A stretch of DNA of 64,000 nt from Obrimoposthia wandeli. Lineage: Eukaryota. Positions 11,111-22,466 of this stretch are shown here, in pieces. Under the pieces are notes generated by a model. The model worked only from the letters and a program-made list of their open reading frames with translations, made no database searches and was not told the DNA's origin. Positions within the stretch are counted from its first letter, which is position 1, and every line of letters starts with the position of its first letter. The DNA lies in assembly GCA_977020255.1 (NCBI GenBank), contig CDROCS010002266.1:1-64000 (forward strand), written 5' to 3'. A program made the position numbers and the translations under genes.

Positions 11111-11789
11111 AAGTTTCCCCCTCCCCCTAGCGAAAACTCGGTTTTTATTTTAAAATTTGCGCAAAACGTTTTGCTTAAAATTTAAAAAAAAAATTTATTT
11201 ATGGCAGATGTAGGTCAAAGTCAAATTTTTCCTGAGTACACATGATATTTTAAGGTCAAGGTCATTTAAAGGTCATTATGTACTATAAGCTACTTTAAGC
11301 TAATTTTTGTTTGAATGCATCAATTTTGTTTGACACGTATTCAAATTTCGGTTGATTTAGGGTGTCTTCAGTCAATTTCTGAAGGTCATTCTCAATTAAG
11401 GTTATAATTTTTTAAATGACATATGATTTTAAAGTCAAGGTCATGACCTAGTATTTAAAAAGTTCTTTTGTTTTAATACATCAATTTTGATGCACGCAAA
11501 AAACATATTTTCTGAAAAATATTTTAGAAACTTATTTAAATAAATTTCAACTACTTTTATTTGAGAGTAAAAAAAGTTTTATAAATGTTAAACTGAATTT
11601 TTTATTTTGTATAATTGAATCTTCTTTATTTGTGAGTAGAAAAAGTTTTGTAATCTTAAGCTATTTATTACACATAACTTGCAAAAGTACATTTTTAAAC
11701 CTATGAGTTAATTAAAACAAGTAAATAGAGATAAAGAGAGATAGTAAAGAATAATTTTTATTAAAGATACATACATTGTCATCATACAC

Positions 11790-12260
11790 CTTCATATCTT
11801 CACAATATCATAATCTTCATTACTTCGATCCATCATCATTACCGCAATCCTTCTTCTCATCAATACAATTCTTCGTCATAATCCAGCATCTTCATTTCAT
11901 CAATCCATCATCGTAATCATCTATCTTGTCTTCATCTTAATCCTCCATCTAATTCAACATCTAAAAATATTTATTTACAAAATAATTATCACAATCTTAT
12001 CTGGAAATCTGACATCAATTCATCTCATCATCTTCATTATCGCAATTTCTCATCTCATCATCTTCATTTCCGCAATCCATCATCTTTCATCGCAATCATT
12101 CATCTTGTCTTCATCATAATCTTCATCTCATCATTGCATTCCTTTATTGTCTTCATCTTGTCTTCATCAGCATATAATCTTCATCTTCTTCATCTTCATC
12201 ATCTAAAAATAATTATTTACTAGATAATTAAGAAAAACTTACCTACAATTAGAAATCAAT
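11790..12260 (-). pseudogene. Acidic D/E-rich gene with two 40-nt introns (copy A)
   Basis: Minus-strand intron 12203-12242 (GTAAGT...TTTTTAG) and a paralogous intron at 11961-12000 with its donor mutated to AT. The flanking exons are GAT/GAA-rich. Confidence 0.55.
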
Positions 12261-15207
12261 TCATTATTAATCGCTATATTGTATTTTCAATTTTATTGTT
12301 GATTATTTTCAAAATTAATTAGTTAAAACAAAATCAATTATGTTTTAAATTACTAATATAAATAATTGAAAATATTTATTAAGTTAAAATAGTTAATATA
12401 TTTTATTTGTTACTTAAATTACTAATAATATAATTTGAAATATTTATTAATTATAATAATCAATACATTTTAAAATATACATTTTAAATATACATTTTAA
12501 AATAAACATTTTAAAATATGCAGAGAAATATATATATTATGTATTGATTCATACATGTTCATAGAGGGAAATTAACAAGGTGTTTACAGAGGAGAATTCC
12601 CCGAGAAGGATTATTTAATGATACTATTCAATTGTTTATCCGTTGAAGCTCGATTCTAATTGATTGATAATGTTGTTTATGTAAATCTCTTCGTATTAGT
12701 CATATCCTTGAAGGCTTACATTCCTCGCTTACACACGTAGTCCTTGTTATTGTTTCACTTACTGGATTAATATTTTCTCTATGATTATTTCTATTATAAT
12801 TCATATTAGCATATAAATTACTACCAGAACCAATATATGATAAGCATAAGACCATCTTAGAAGAAATTTACGAAATGTTCAAAAAAATTGTGCTATTTTA
12901 CGAGGAGTTCAGGAAATTTATGATATTTCAAAGATTAAACAGGGTGATGGTTTCAGAAGAGAAATTAGAGGGTTTTACAAGCAAATTCAAGCATACATAT
13001 TAATAACTTAGAAGGACTTTAAAAGAGATAATATTATAGAAAACAAAGTGTTGGTTCAGAGATGATACTAGCCAGATGGTTCTGGAAGATAAATTTAAGA
13101 TATTTTGCTGGTTACGAAGTAATTTTAGGAAATGTGTAATGTTTAGAGGATATGGGAAACGGAAATTTGTGATATTTAGAAGATTTAACGAGAGTATTAC
13201 TTTCAGAAGAGAAAAATATGGGTTTACAGAGAGATTTATCAGAGGTGATGGTTTCAGAATAGAAATATATCATGTAAAGGGGTGCAGAGAGTGATTTAAG
13301 ATGTTTCAGAAGAGGAAATGATATAGAAAACAAATTCACCGTCCGAAGGAGATATTACCTAGTTGCTTCTAGAAGAAAAAATTGATGATACGTTTGCAGT
13401 TAAGAAGTAAATTCAGGAAATGTATGATATTCCGAAGATATGGGTAATATAAATTAACAAGGTGTTCAGGAAATTTATGATATTCGGGTTTAAGCATAGA
13501 TGATTAGCTAATTTTCTTCTACTTAATCCCTCAACCTTCGTGAAATTATCTACTTAACCTCCATACTATTATTCTCTTCTTAGAGGAGATATTACAAGAT
13601 TTGTATTATTCTAAGAGGACATTACCCAAATACATATCTTTATCGATATTTCTATCATAAAGATGGGATACATGATTCGAATCAATAATTTAGCTGTAAT
13701 ACCCTCTGATATAATTCCTATATTAAGTCGCAGTAATTTAGGTAAAGATAATCAGAGTATGTCTCGGTTAGAGTATTAGCAGTCAACCTGTCAGGGTAAT
13801 TCGAGATATAATTTCCGCATACTTGATAATTGATTTATAGTATAACTCTTAAATTAATCCAAGGCCGTTGAAGAATCAGTTATATCTAAATAACCTATCT
13901 TTATTTGATAATTTTTATATAAATGCATTCCCACTGAAGCCGATAAGTTATATCTAATGTCTGTTAAATAACGAGTCTCTGAAATTGAGGAGTTAGAAAT
14001 TATTATGAATTATAGGAAAATGGCTAAACCGATGCTAAAGTGAATTATTAATAGACTTGTATCGATATTTTATGGAAAGTTGTGATATTTAGATAGCTCT
14101 AGAAGAGACATTAATGATATGATCAGGAAATTTATGATATCTAATCCGACCCTAAAGTGATTTATTGACATGCTTATATCAATATATTCAGGAAATTAAT
14201 GATTTCCCTAGGAAATCCACCGTATTAAGGTGCTTCTAGAGGAGATATTTAGGGAACAGCATACATTGATGGAGTGTGTATTTGATTCAGTTTAGTAGTT
14301 TTAACGGAATTTACTCCATATGATGATATCAGTGACTATTCTCCAATCAATAACTTCCAGCAAAATTTGATCAATATGATGGTGAAAGTATGAATATCTT
14401 AGATTTATTTATCGGATGTATGTGCAGATGAGTTTACATCAAGAATACCTCCGATGATAGAATGTCTCCAAGTAAGATATTATCATAGGTTTGCGTAGGT
14501 TTTCATATCCTTACAGTTAAAATACCGAAAGCTACTATGGAATTGATCCCTGTGTGCTGCTTGAAGAAGGTATTTACGGTGGAAGGACATTTATCGACCA
14601 ACATTACTAACTCTGAAGGTGAATATATTTTGATAACCCACAATTTTCACCAGACGGAGATTTACCCATATCAATTAGATGGAAGTATATGTAAGTAACC
14701 CGAATGAATTACATGATATACTTGAAAATCTTAGAAAATAATATTGGAAGACTTTATTATACAAAGAAGACTGCTCTGATCATTTTGCTTGCAAGAAGCT
14801 CTAGAAGAGAAATTAGGGATATTTAAGAATTTTTTAGGAGAAATATTAATGATATATCTAGGAAATTCATGATATTTAAGTGATTCTATAATAGAAATAT
14901 ATGTTATCTTCATGAAATCTTTGGTATATAAGTGATTCTAGAAGAGAAATGTATAATATTCTAGGGAAATCATCGATATTTAAGTGCTTCTAAAGGAGAA
15001 ATTAATGATATGTTTATCTAATTTGATATATTTAGAAGCTTCCAGTGTGATTCCATTGGCCTTTTAACTCATCATTCAAAGAAGTATCCCTCGGATTGCC
15101 GCAGATGTAGGCTAGATTTCATACATAGAAGATACCACTGTATAAGGGCGAACTAAGGAATTTGATTATTATAAGTCATTTAAGATGATTAGAGCTTAAT
15201 TTCGTGG

Positions 15208-15412
15208 ATGTTAGGAAAATCTCATGGAAGTTAGGGTAATCCCATGGTAGTTGAGAGGAAAATCTAATACTAGTTAGGGAAATCTCATGCTAGTTAGGAA
15301 ATCTTGCAGTAGTTAGGGAATTCTCATGGAAGTTGAGAGGTTTAAGGAGGAAAATAACGTGGTAGTTAGGATAATCTCATGGATACTAGGAAAATCTCAT
15401 GGATGTTAAGTG
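15208..15412. repeat. Degenerate ~20-bp minisatellite, GTTAGGGAAATCTCATGGWA
   Basis: About 9 imperfect copies; related units occur at about 44070-44150. Confidence 0.75.
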
Positions 15413-16159
15413 GTTTAAGAGAAAAAATATAACAATTATTAGGGTTTAAGGACAGAATAGCATATAATCAGACCAATATAAAACCTACCTCTTTCATTAA
15501 AGCAGTCATAGATGGATGTTTTTTAAATAACAGACATAATTTGACATTACTTATACATCAATGTTGATTGATTGAAATATTCTACATTACAGTTGTTTAA
15601 CTTTAAACATTTTGTTGTAAAAACTAAGATATTAAGACTTTTGAGTTAGATAATCAGGTTAGGGTGTAAAAGAAAACATTGGAAATTTTGTAAGAATGAA
15701 TCTAATAATCAATAAATCGAAATATATCTATCCATATCTTCTAACATCTCTATCATGAATCTTCTTTCAAAAACTTTCATCCCTAACTTTCAGAGAAATT
15801 AACAAATACCATAAATTCATATATTTCCATACATATTGATTATTGAAAAACTGAAATTATCAATATTATCAACATCTAATCTCACTATCATCAACCATCA
15901 TACAATTTTTTATTTACATATAACAAATATTTAAAAGTTTTTAAGGCTTTTAAGGCTTTTAAGTTTTTTGAAAATTTTGAAAATTTAAAGAAAAATAATT
16001 TTTCAAATTTTGACTTTGAAAATTTGAATTTTCGCGGATAAATATTGATGCATTTAAACAAAAATGACGCATTTTAACAAAATAATGGAATGACCTTGGA
16101 ATGACGTTAGAATGAGCGTGATGTACTCGGGAGAATTGGTTGCCGGGGAATGGTTAGTG

Positions 16160-16365
16160 TTAGGGATATGGCTTAGGGTTAGGCTTAGGGTTAAGCTTGG
16201 TTAGATTTAGGGTTAGGAATATGGCTTAGGGTTAGGCTTAGGGTTAAGCTTAGGGTTAGATTTAGGGTTAGGGATATGGCTTAGGGTTAGGCTTAGGGTT
16301 AAGCTTAGGGTTAGATTTAGGGTTAGGGATATGGCTTAGGGTTAGGCTTAGGGTTAGGCTTAGGC
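16160..16365 (+). repeat. Telomere-variant array with a 55-bp higher-order period
   Basis: Unit TTAGGG TTAGGG ATATGGC TTAGGG TTAGGC TTAGGG TTAAGC TTAGGG TTAGAT; GGGATATGGC recurs at 16271 and 16326. Confidence 0.95.
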
Positions 16366-16419
16366 TTAAAGTTTTTGAATTTTTATTGATTTACGAATCA
16401 CCACCAATATAGACGTAGG

Positions 16420-16837
16420 CACCTCTAACCTATAGGTCCCCCGAGGGACAACCACGTGACGGTGTTTCAAGCACTGGGATATTTGAGGATTGTTGTGTCC
16501 CAATATTACCGGAGGAACATCGTTATCGTCGTTTGGTACCGGCTCTTTGCCATCCATTTGGTCTAGGTTTCAAACCAAACTTTCTCTAAAATAAAATTTA
16601 CACTATTCTGACCTATACCATACTAAATTAGTTTTAGGGACTTTCCAGTTATATTGAACATAACTCTCTACACATCACATCAACTACAAAACATTAAAAG
16701 AAACCTTCAGATTTGAGACTAGAATTAGGTAAGATAATAATATGTAGGCCACAAACATCTGTAAGCCCTATCGCTACAGAACTCACGTTGAGGGCCTCTA
16801 TGCGATGATCTATGAGTTTCAATTAGAAAACCCAATA
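16420..16837 (+). mobile_element. LTR-family 3' fragment
   Basis: Homologous to 50634-51040 (AACCTATAGGTC..., TAGGCCACA..CATCTGTAA.CCCTATCGCTACAGA.CTCACGTTG) and to the right ends of LTR copies 1 and 2. Confidence 0.75.
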
Positions 16838-17044
16838 TATGTGTACTTCGCAGACCTAAGTCGGTTGGTAAAGTTGGTAAATAACTATTAAGTAAACGAT
16901 GTTTTGATGATGTATGCTTTAATTGCTGGCTTGCTCGTGAAGATCAAGTCACAAATACGGACAACGTGTTCAGTGGAAAATTTGAAGTTGAGTGAGGTGG
17001 TATGCCGCGCAAGATATCTTGTTAAAACCGATGCGGAAGTGTGA

Positions 17045-18390
17045 TTGGTGTTGATAAATCGCAATAAATTCGCAAATAACACGTCTGCAAAGTGTCCAGT
17101 AACAAGAAAACAAATGAAATTTTATCGGTGTGGTGAAGAAGGTCATGGTAGTCGAGAATGCACAGTAGCTGAATGTCGAAAGTGCTATATTTGCGATGAA
17201 GTTGATAATTTGTCACTGGAATGCCCAAAGAAAATTAACATCGATGACAAGTTTGAAATAAAACTGAAATGTGGTGTAATTTTCGCTAGTGACACCTCAG
17301 AGAATTTAGTGCATCTTCCAGTAGTTATTGTAGAAGTAGACGGTCGTTTGTGTAAAGCATTGGTGGACACTGGATGTTCACGAACTGTTGTTTCGTTGGA
17401 AATATTTTCCAACAAGAAGGAAGGTGGAGGTCAACTGAGAGTAACAAAATGAACAGCGATAGTATAGTGTGTGGCTTAGAGATTTGATGTTGAAAGTCGA
17501 AAGTTTAAGTGTGAAATTGGACTTTTTGAAGTCACCGATTTTGAGTGGATTTGATGTGCTCCTGGGCATGGATGTGATTGTCAAGTGTGGTGGTATAGAA
17601 GTTGGTGTCGAACAAAACGTCAAATTTGGGATGAGTGATATGGAGTGTGTTGTAACAGAAGAGAAGGACATGTCGATTGTAGATAAAGACTTTACTATTG
17701 ATTTTCGAGATGAAAGATGGGTTGCGAAGCGGAATTGGAAAGATAGCGTCCAAGATCCACAGTTGAGAAATATGGTGTCACAATGCCGTATACAGGATGA
17801 GGGAGTAGTTGGAAAGTTCGAAGCAGAAGTTGAGGAATGGATTGCAGCTGGTTGGTTAAAACTGTATGGTGGTTAGTACTATGGCCTTATTCCTTTGATG
17901 GCCGTGGTGCAGCATAATAAAGGTGGGAAAGTTCGACCTGTGCTGGACTTCCGTCCACTCAATGATTTTGTATCCAGTCGTACGATCCAGGGTGAGGTGT
18001 GTGGAGGAAAACTGTGGTCGTAGAGGAGAATGGGTGTAAAGCTTAGCATAGTTGACTTGAGAAAGGCTTATATACAAAGGAGTCCAATATTGCCTGACAC
18101 GGTTAGGGTTTGGTTTGAATATAGCACCCAAAATCATGTCTGCGGTGGTGAATAAGTTGTTGTCGATGAACGAAAATGTTGCACGAGGTACAGACTCCTA
18201 TGTTGACGATGTCATTCTGAACGAGGCGGTGGTGACAAGTAATAGTGTGCGAATTTTATTGCAAGATTTAAACTGGAGTCAAAGGAAGCGGAACCGTTGT
18301 CTGGAGATCGGATACTTGGGTTAAGAGTATTCAATGAATCTGGTCACATGCATTGGAAGCGGGATACTGTATTGATGAAAAATGACAGCA
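17045..18390 (+). mobile_element. Gypsy-like gag-protease-RT remnant
   Basis: Zinc knuckles YRCGEEGHGSREC and CYICDEVDNLSLECP, protease ALVDTGCSRTVV, and RT motifs KVRPVLDFRPLND, LRKAYIQ, IAPKIM and YVDDVIL. Multiple frameshifts and stops. Confidence 0.9.
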
Positions 18391-18639
18391 CGATGAGCCG
18401 CGGAGCCATGGAGCACTGTTTTATTTTTTACAAATTTTTTATAGTTTAAAAATAAAATTTTACACAGAACTTTTATATTTTAAAAATAAAATTTACACAG
18501 AATTTTTTATTCTTTAGAAAAGACAAAAGACAAAGACAAATTGGATACAAATATTTATTAAGCAAAAGAGAAAAAATTAGGTACAATAAATTTGTGACAT
18601 AAATTCAAACATACAAAAACAATCATTCAAGTGAAAAAA

Positions 18640-21130
18640 CATCTGGATATCGGTGATGTCCGTAGGCAACTAACCGGTTTTTCTCTAACTCATTTTATCT
18701 TATCGTCATTGCTACTCAATGCGATCTTACTCATATTTACGGTATAGAGCTGATGATTAATTGAACTAATGCGTTGTTGTTGCACTCGTTCACTAAACCA
18801 CTTCTCATTTGCAGCTAAATAATTCGCATGGCGTAGTGCAGTCTGCTTAAGGCTAATTCCCTTTGCTCTCATCTGGGACTTTCCGTCTATAGTTTCTAAG
18901 CTATATGATTTGGGGCGTAAAAATACCCATTGCTTATATCTAGAGACACCCTTACTCTCATCATCAAACTTGCCTATCGCAGTATTGGCTAAAGTAAATA
19001 AAGGATGGTTTATAGGAAATTTCGATGTGTCTAATAACCCATCCTAAATCATTGCTGGCAACAGTGTAGCTTGCACATCTACATTATCACGCTTTAGAAA
19101 AGAGCTATCAGTGTCACCAGCAATTATTCGAATGTCGCAATTAAACTGACATCTATATTTCTCTAATTGAACATATTGAAGCTCATACATCCTTAACTTA
19201 CTTAAATCCAGAACTGCCTGGCCAATATAACTAGGACGATCTAAAACGACAGTTTGCATATTTAGTAAAACAGTTATTCGTTAGTCGATTTCCATCGTAC
19301 TACGGAATTGGGCCTTACTACAATATGTAACAAGCTTTTGTGGTGTATTACAATTACGGATGTAAATTCTCTTCATTAAATTCTCTATTTTCTACTTACC
19401 AAACAGAGAAATAACCTTTAATTTATAATATTCACGCTCGAAATCATTTGCAGCACTTGCTCTTTTCGCGGAATTATCCTCAATATACTTTGAAAAAACA
19501 TTAGTTTGTGCAAACTGTATTTCTCTATGTACATAATCTACTTTCGCACCAAGTCTTATGTACATTTGAAGCAATCTGGAATGTACAATATAATGCTTTT
19601 TAGGGTATTGAGTCAGAAGTAATTTTGGTTGTTTACTACCAATAGAGCATTCCTTTCGCGGAGCTAAGGGGAGATCGTCTAGTTTATCGTGCAGCTCTTT
19701 AGGAATGGATAAGTCCACCTCCATCAAATGAGCAAATCTACTACAACTTAAATCCTTAAATGAGAGCTCGGAAATTATACCCCTAACTCTAACTGATCAG
19801 TTACCCACTTAAAATCCCCACAAGGTAAAAATATTGACATGGCCCATCCATAAAGATTATTTACATCGATGTATAATAGCTCACAACCATTCACTGTATC
19901 AACCTTGTGCTCGTTGACAAATATCATTCCTCCTCTGATGCCTTCACGAAATAGGGAGTACATCTCTCGATCTTGAACGAATTCCACTTTGATCTCATGA
20001 GGTGATGAAGTAGAAAGAAGCAAAGACTTGAAAGCGCTCGCGAAAGATAATCCTGGGAAGAAAAATAAATTAAAGATTTTTAAAAGAATTGTTACTAAAT
20101 ATTACAGAAAATCGATTACTGAAAATGATTACTAAAATTTACTAAAAAAATTTACCAGGAATCGAGAAGAAGTTGAGCGGTCATAGCCTGAAATATCTCA
20201 GTTGATTGGGGTATTATTGATATATCCCAATGCGAAAACTGAGTTATCGCATGCTTAAGGATATGATTCAAATCGTATCCTCTCAAGTTATGAAAAATAA
20301 CAGGAAAAGAACGATTTATTCTACGTGATAAATTACACTTTGAATGTGATACTCCAAGGTATTTCCCAGTCATATGATCGTGATCCCGGACCTTGTTAAC
20401 GCAGCGCTTATTACACAGGTAACAAGTAGTAGCTGCATGGAAACTAGCTACTTGCTCCGGTGTTAGCGCGCACATTACTGCAACAGCATGATCTCGATAC
20501 CATGGAAGAACAACATCCCTAGCCAACTCCTCCAATTTTTAAGGAAAGACACCACACAAGATTCTCCTGTGAAAAAAGAGTAGTCCTGTGTAAATTCATT
20601 TGAAGCAGATGTGATTGGAGAAATCAGCATACCGGTCGCAATGGGCAGATGCATCTGATGATGAATACCATGCGGCGGCAAAACTGTCTCGAAGTCGGCG
20701 TAAACGGAAAACAGAGGTGATACCGTTTTTCTACAATCAGTAAAAGCGATATATTTATTCGAAGGCATCTGATAGAGAGTCGTATGCTCCTTGTTCATTG
20801 TGCATGTGCATGAGCCTCGTGCTTGGCATAACTAACTGGATTCATAAAGCCATGAAGACACTTATGGCACCAAGTACACCTAATTCGAGTAGCAGGTCCC
20901 TTATTCCGAAAATTTAGTAATTTGCTTAGTTTAGGAACCGCCACATTATGAAAACCAGAATTATTTTCTAAAAGAAGAAGATTTACTGGTGAGCTGCTGG
21001 GATTTGTGGTTCGGTATATTACATCAATGAATGGATTTTTGAAAATTTCTTCATTGGGAGGAATACAACCGAAATTATTTTAAAAAAATACGTACATTGA
21101 GAGTTTAGGATTCTCCCTCTCAAATCGAGG
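18640..21130 (-). pseudogene. Protein-primed family B DNA polymerase (Polinton pPolB), decayed, with an internal deletion and one intron
   Basis: In order on the minus strand: FERENPKLS, WCHKCLHGF, VYADFET, KVRDHDHMTGKYLG, FHNLRGYD, PGLSF, GIRGG, LYIDVNNLYGWAMS, ENLMKR, LDRPSYIGQAVLDLSK, GDTDSSF, AKGIS and KIALSSNDDK. GT-AG intron at 20053-20155. Confidence 0.93.
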
Positions 21131-21159
21131 TGGCATGTCAGCCTCATCATAAAAGAGCT

Positions 21160-21228
21160 CTGAGAGCTCTCACATTGGGGGCCTCCTTACGAAGATATAA
21201 TAGAAGAGTTTCAATTATAAACCCCAAA
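21160..21228 (+). mobile_element. Short LTR-family right-end remnant
   Basis: CTCACATTGGGGGCCTCC...AGTTTCAATTATAAACCCCAA matches the conserved LTR end. Confidence 0.6.
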
Positions 21229-21794
21229 AAAATATACAGATAAATAAGAAAAAAAATTAAACTTCTGAACGTGACTTCTGGGACTTTTAATCTGGAGGTA
21301 AGAGTATGTGGCATTGTCATATCGAATGTTTCTGAACTTTCGTAATTGTTGGAATTCTGTTTCGTTTTACATTAATATTTATTACGATTTTTTCTGGAAA
21401 AGGTTGCATTGCTGTTGACTGATGTAAATTCAATAATAATTCAATTTTTAATTCACGTATCACTTTGTCTTATTTGCGAAGGCCAACATAACTGTACAAA
21501 TAATATTGAAAAATTAAAACATGAATAAATTGCCATATAAATTTCCAGACTTAATGCCAGACATGAGACAAAATATGTGCAGAAAATATGTGTCATGCCG
21601 GATTTATAAAATACTAAACGTGAGTGTTAATTTTTGCGTCTGTATTTGTTGGAAGAGCCTTTTTTATATCTTAAATTCAGTGCCTGATACTAAAGCAATG
21701 TACTGTAATGGTTTACAGAGCATATCGTACAAGTAGAAAGTGGAATCAGAGTTTACGTGTCATTTGTGAAAATTAGGAAGTAGACTTTTCACTT

Positions 21795-22466
21795 AACGTT
21801 TAAATTGAAATTGATTTCGATCAAAATGATTAATAATATTATAGCTGTGTAATCTATGTATTAAGAGTATTGGGGATCATATGCCGGCTAGAGGAGGTAC
21901 TGATGCGGGACAGTACTTTTATGCATAGGGGCACATATAAATGTAGTGCCCTTGAAACGGAATGGCACAGGAAAGGACGCAATGGAGGAGATTCAGGAGT
22001 GATATGGGTTAAAGGAGGAGAGTTTCTGGTTACAACGACAGGGAAGGAGAGTGGAGATGGGGAGAGCATTGGTGATGGCAGCAATATTGTCGTGATGATG
22101 AGGTTGAAAGGGGGAATGTAGGAGGAAAACAACGTTTAAATTGAAATTGATTTCGATCAAAATGATTAATAATATTATAGCTGTGTAATCTATGTATTAA
22201 GAGTATTGGGGATCATATGCCGGCTAGAGGAGGTACTGATGCGGGACAGTACTTTTATGCATAGGGGCACATATAAATGTAGTGCCCTTGAAACGGAATG
22301 GCACAGGAAAGGACGCAATGGAGGAGATTCAGGAGTGATATGGGTTAAAGGAGGAGAGTTTCTGGTTACAACGACAGGGAAGGAGAGTGGAGATGGGGAG
22401 AGCATTGGTGATGGCAGCAATATTGTCGTGATGATGAGGTTGAAAGGGGGAATGTAGGAGGAAAAC
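21795..22466. repeat. 336-bp tandem duplication, apparently identical copies
   Basis: 21795-22130 repeats at 22131-22466; the ORF track shows identical 83-aa ORFs at 21870 and 22206. Confidence 0.95.

Larger units (their letters stand above)
11077..16365. mobile_element. Element A: decayed Polinton-like or non-autonomous DNA element
   Basis: Starts with an AGTAG terminus. Internal blocks are collinear with 37655-43210. The right end (about 15990-16150) is an inverted copy of the subterminal block at 37500-37625 and 45034-45150. Confidence 0.6.

Noticed and set aside
13500-15200. Polinton capsid, protease or integrase genes within element A
   Set aside because: The frames I translated by hand are stop-rich and show no recognisable motif.
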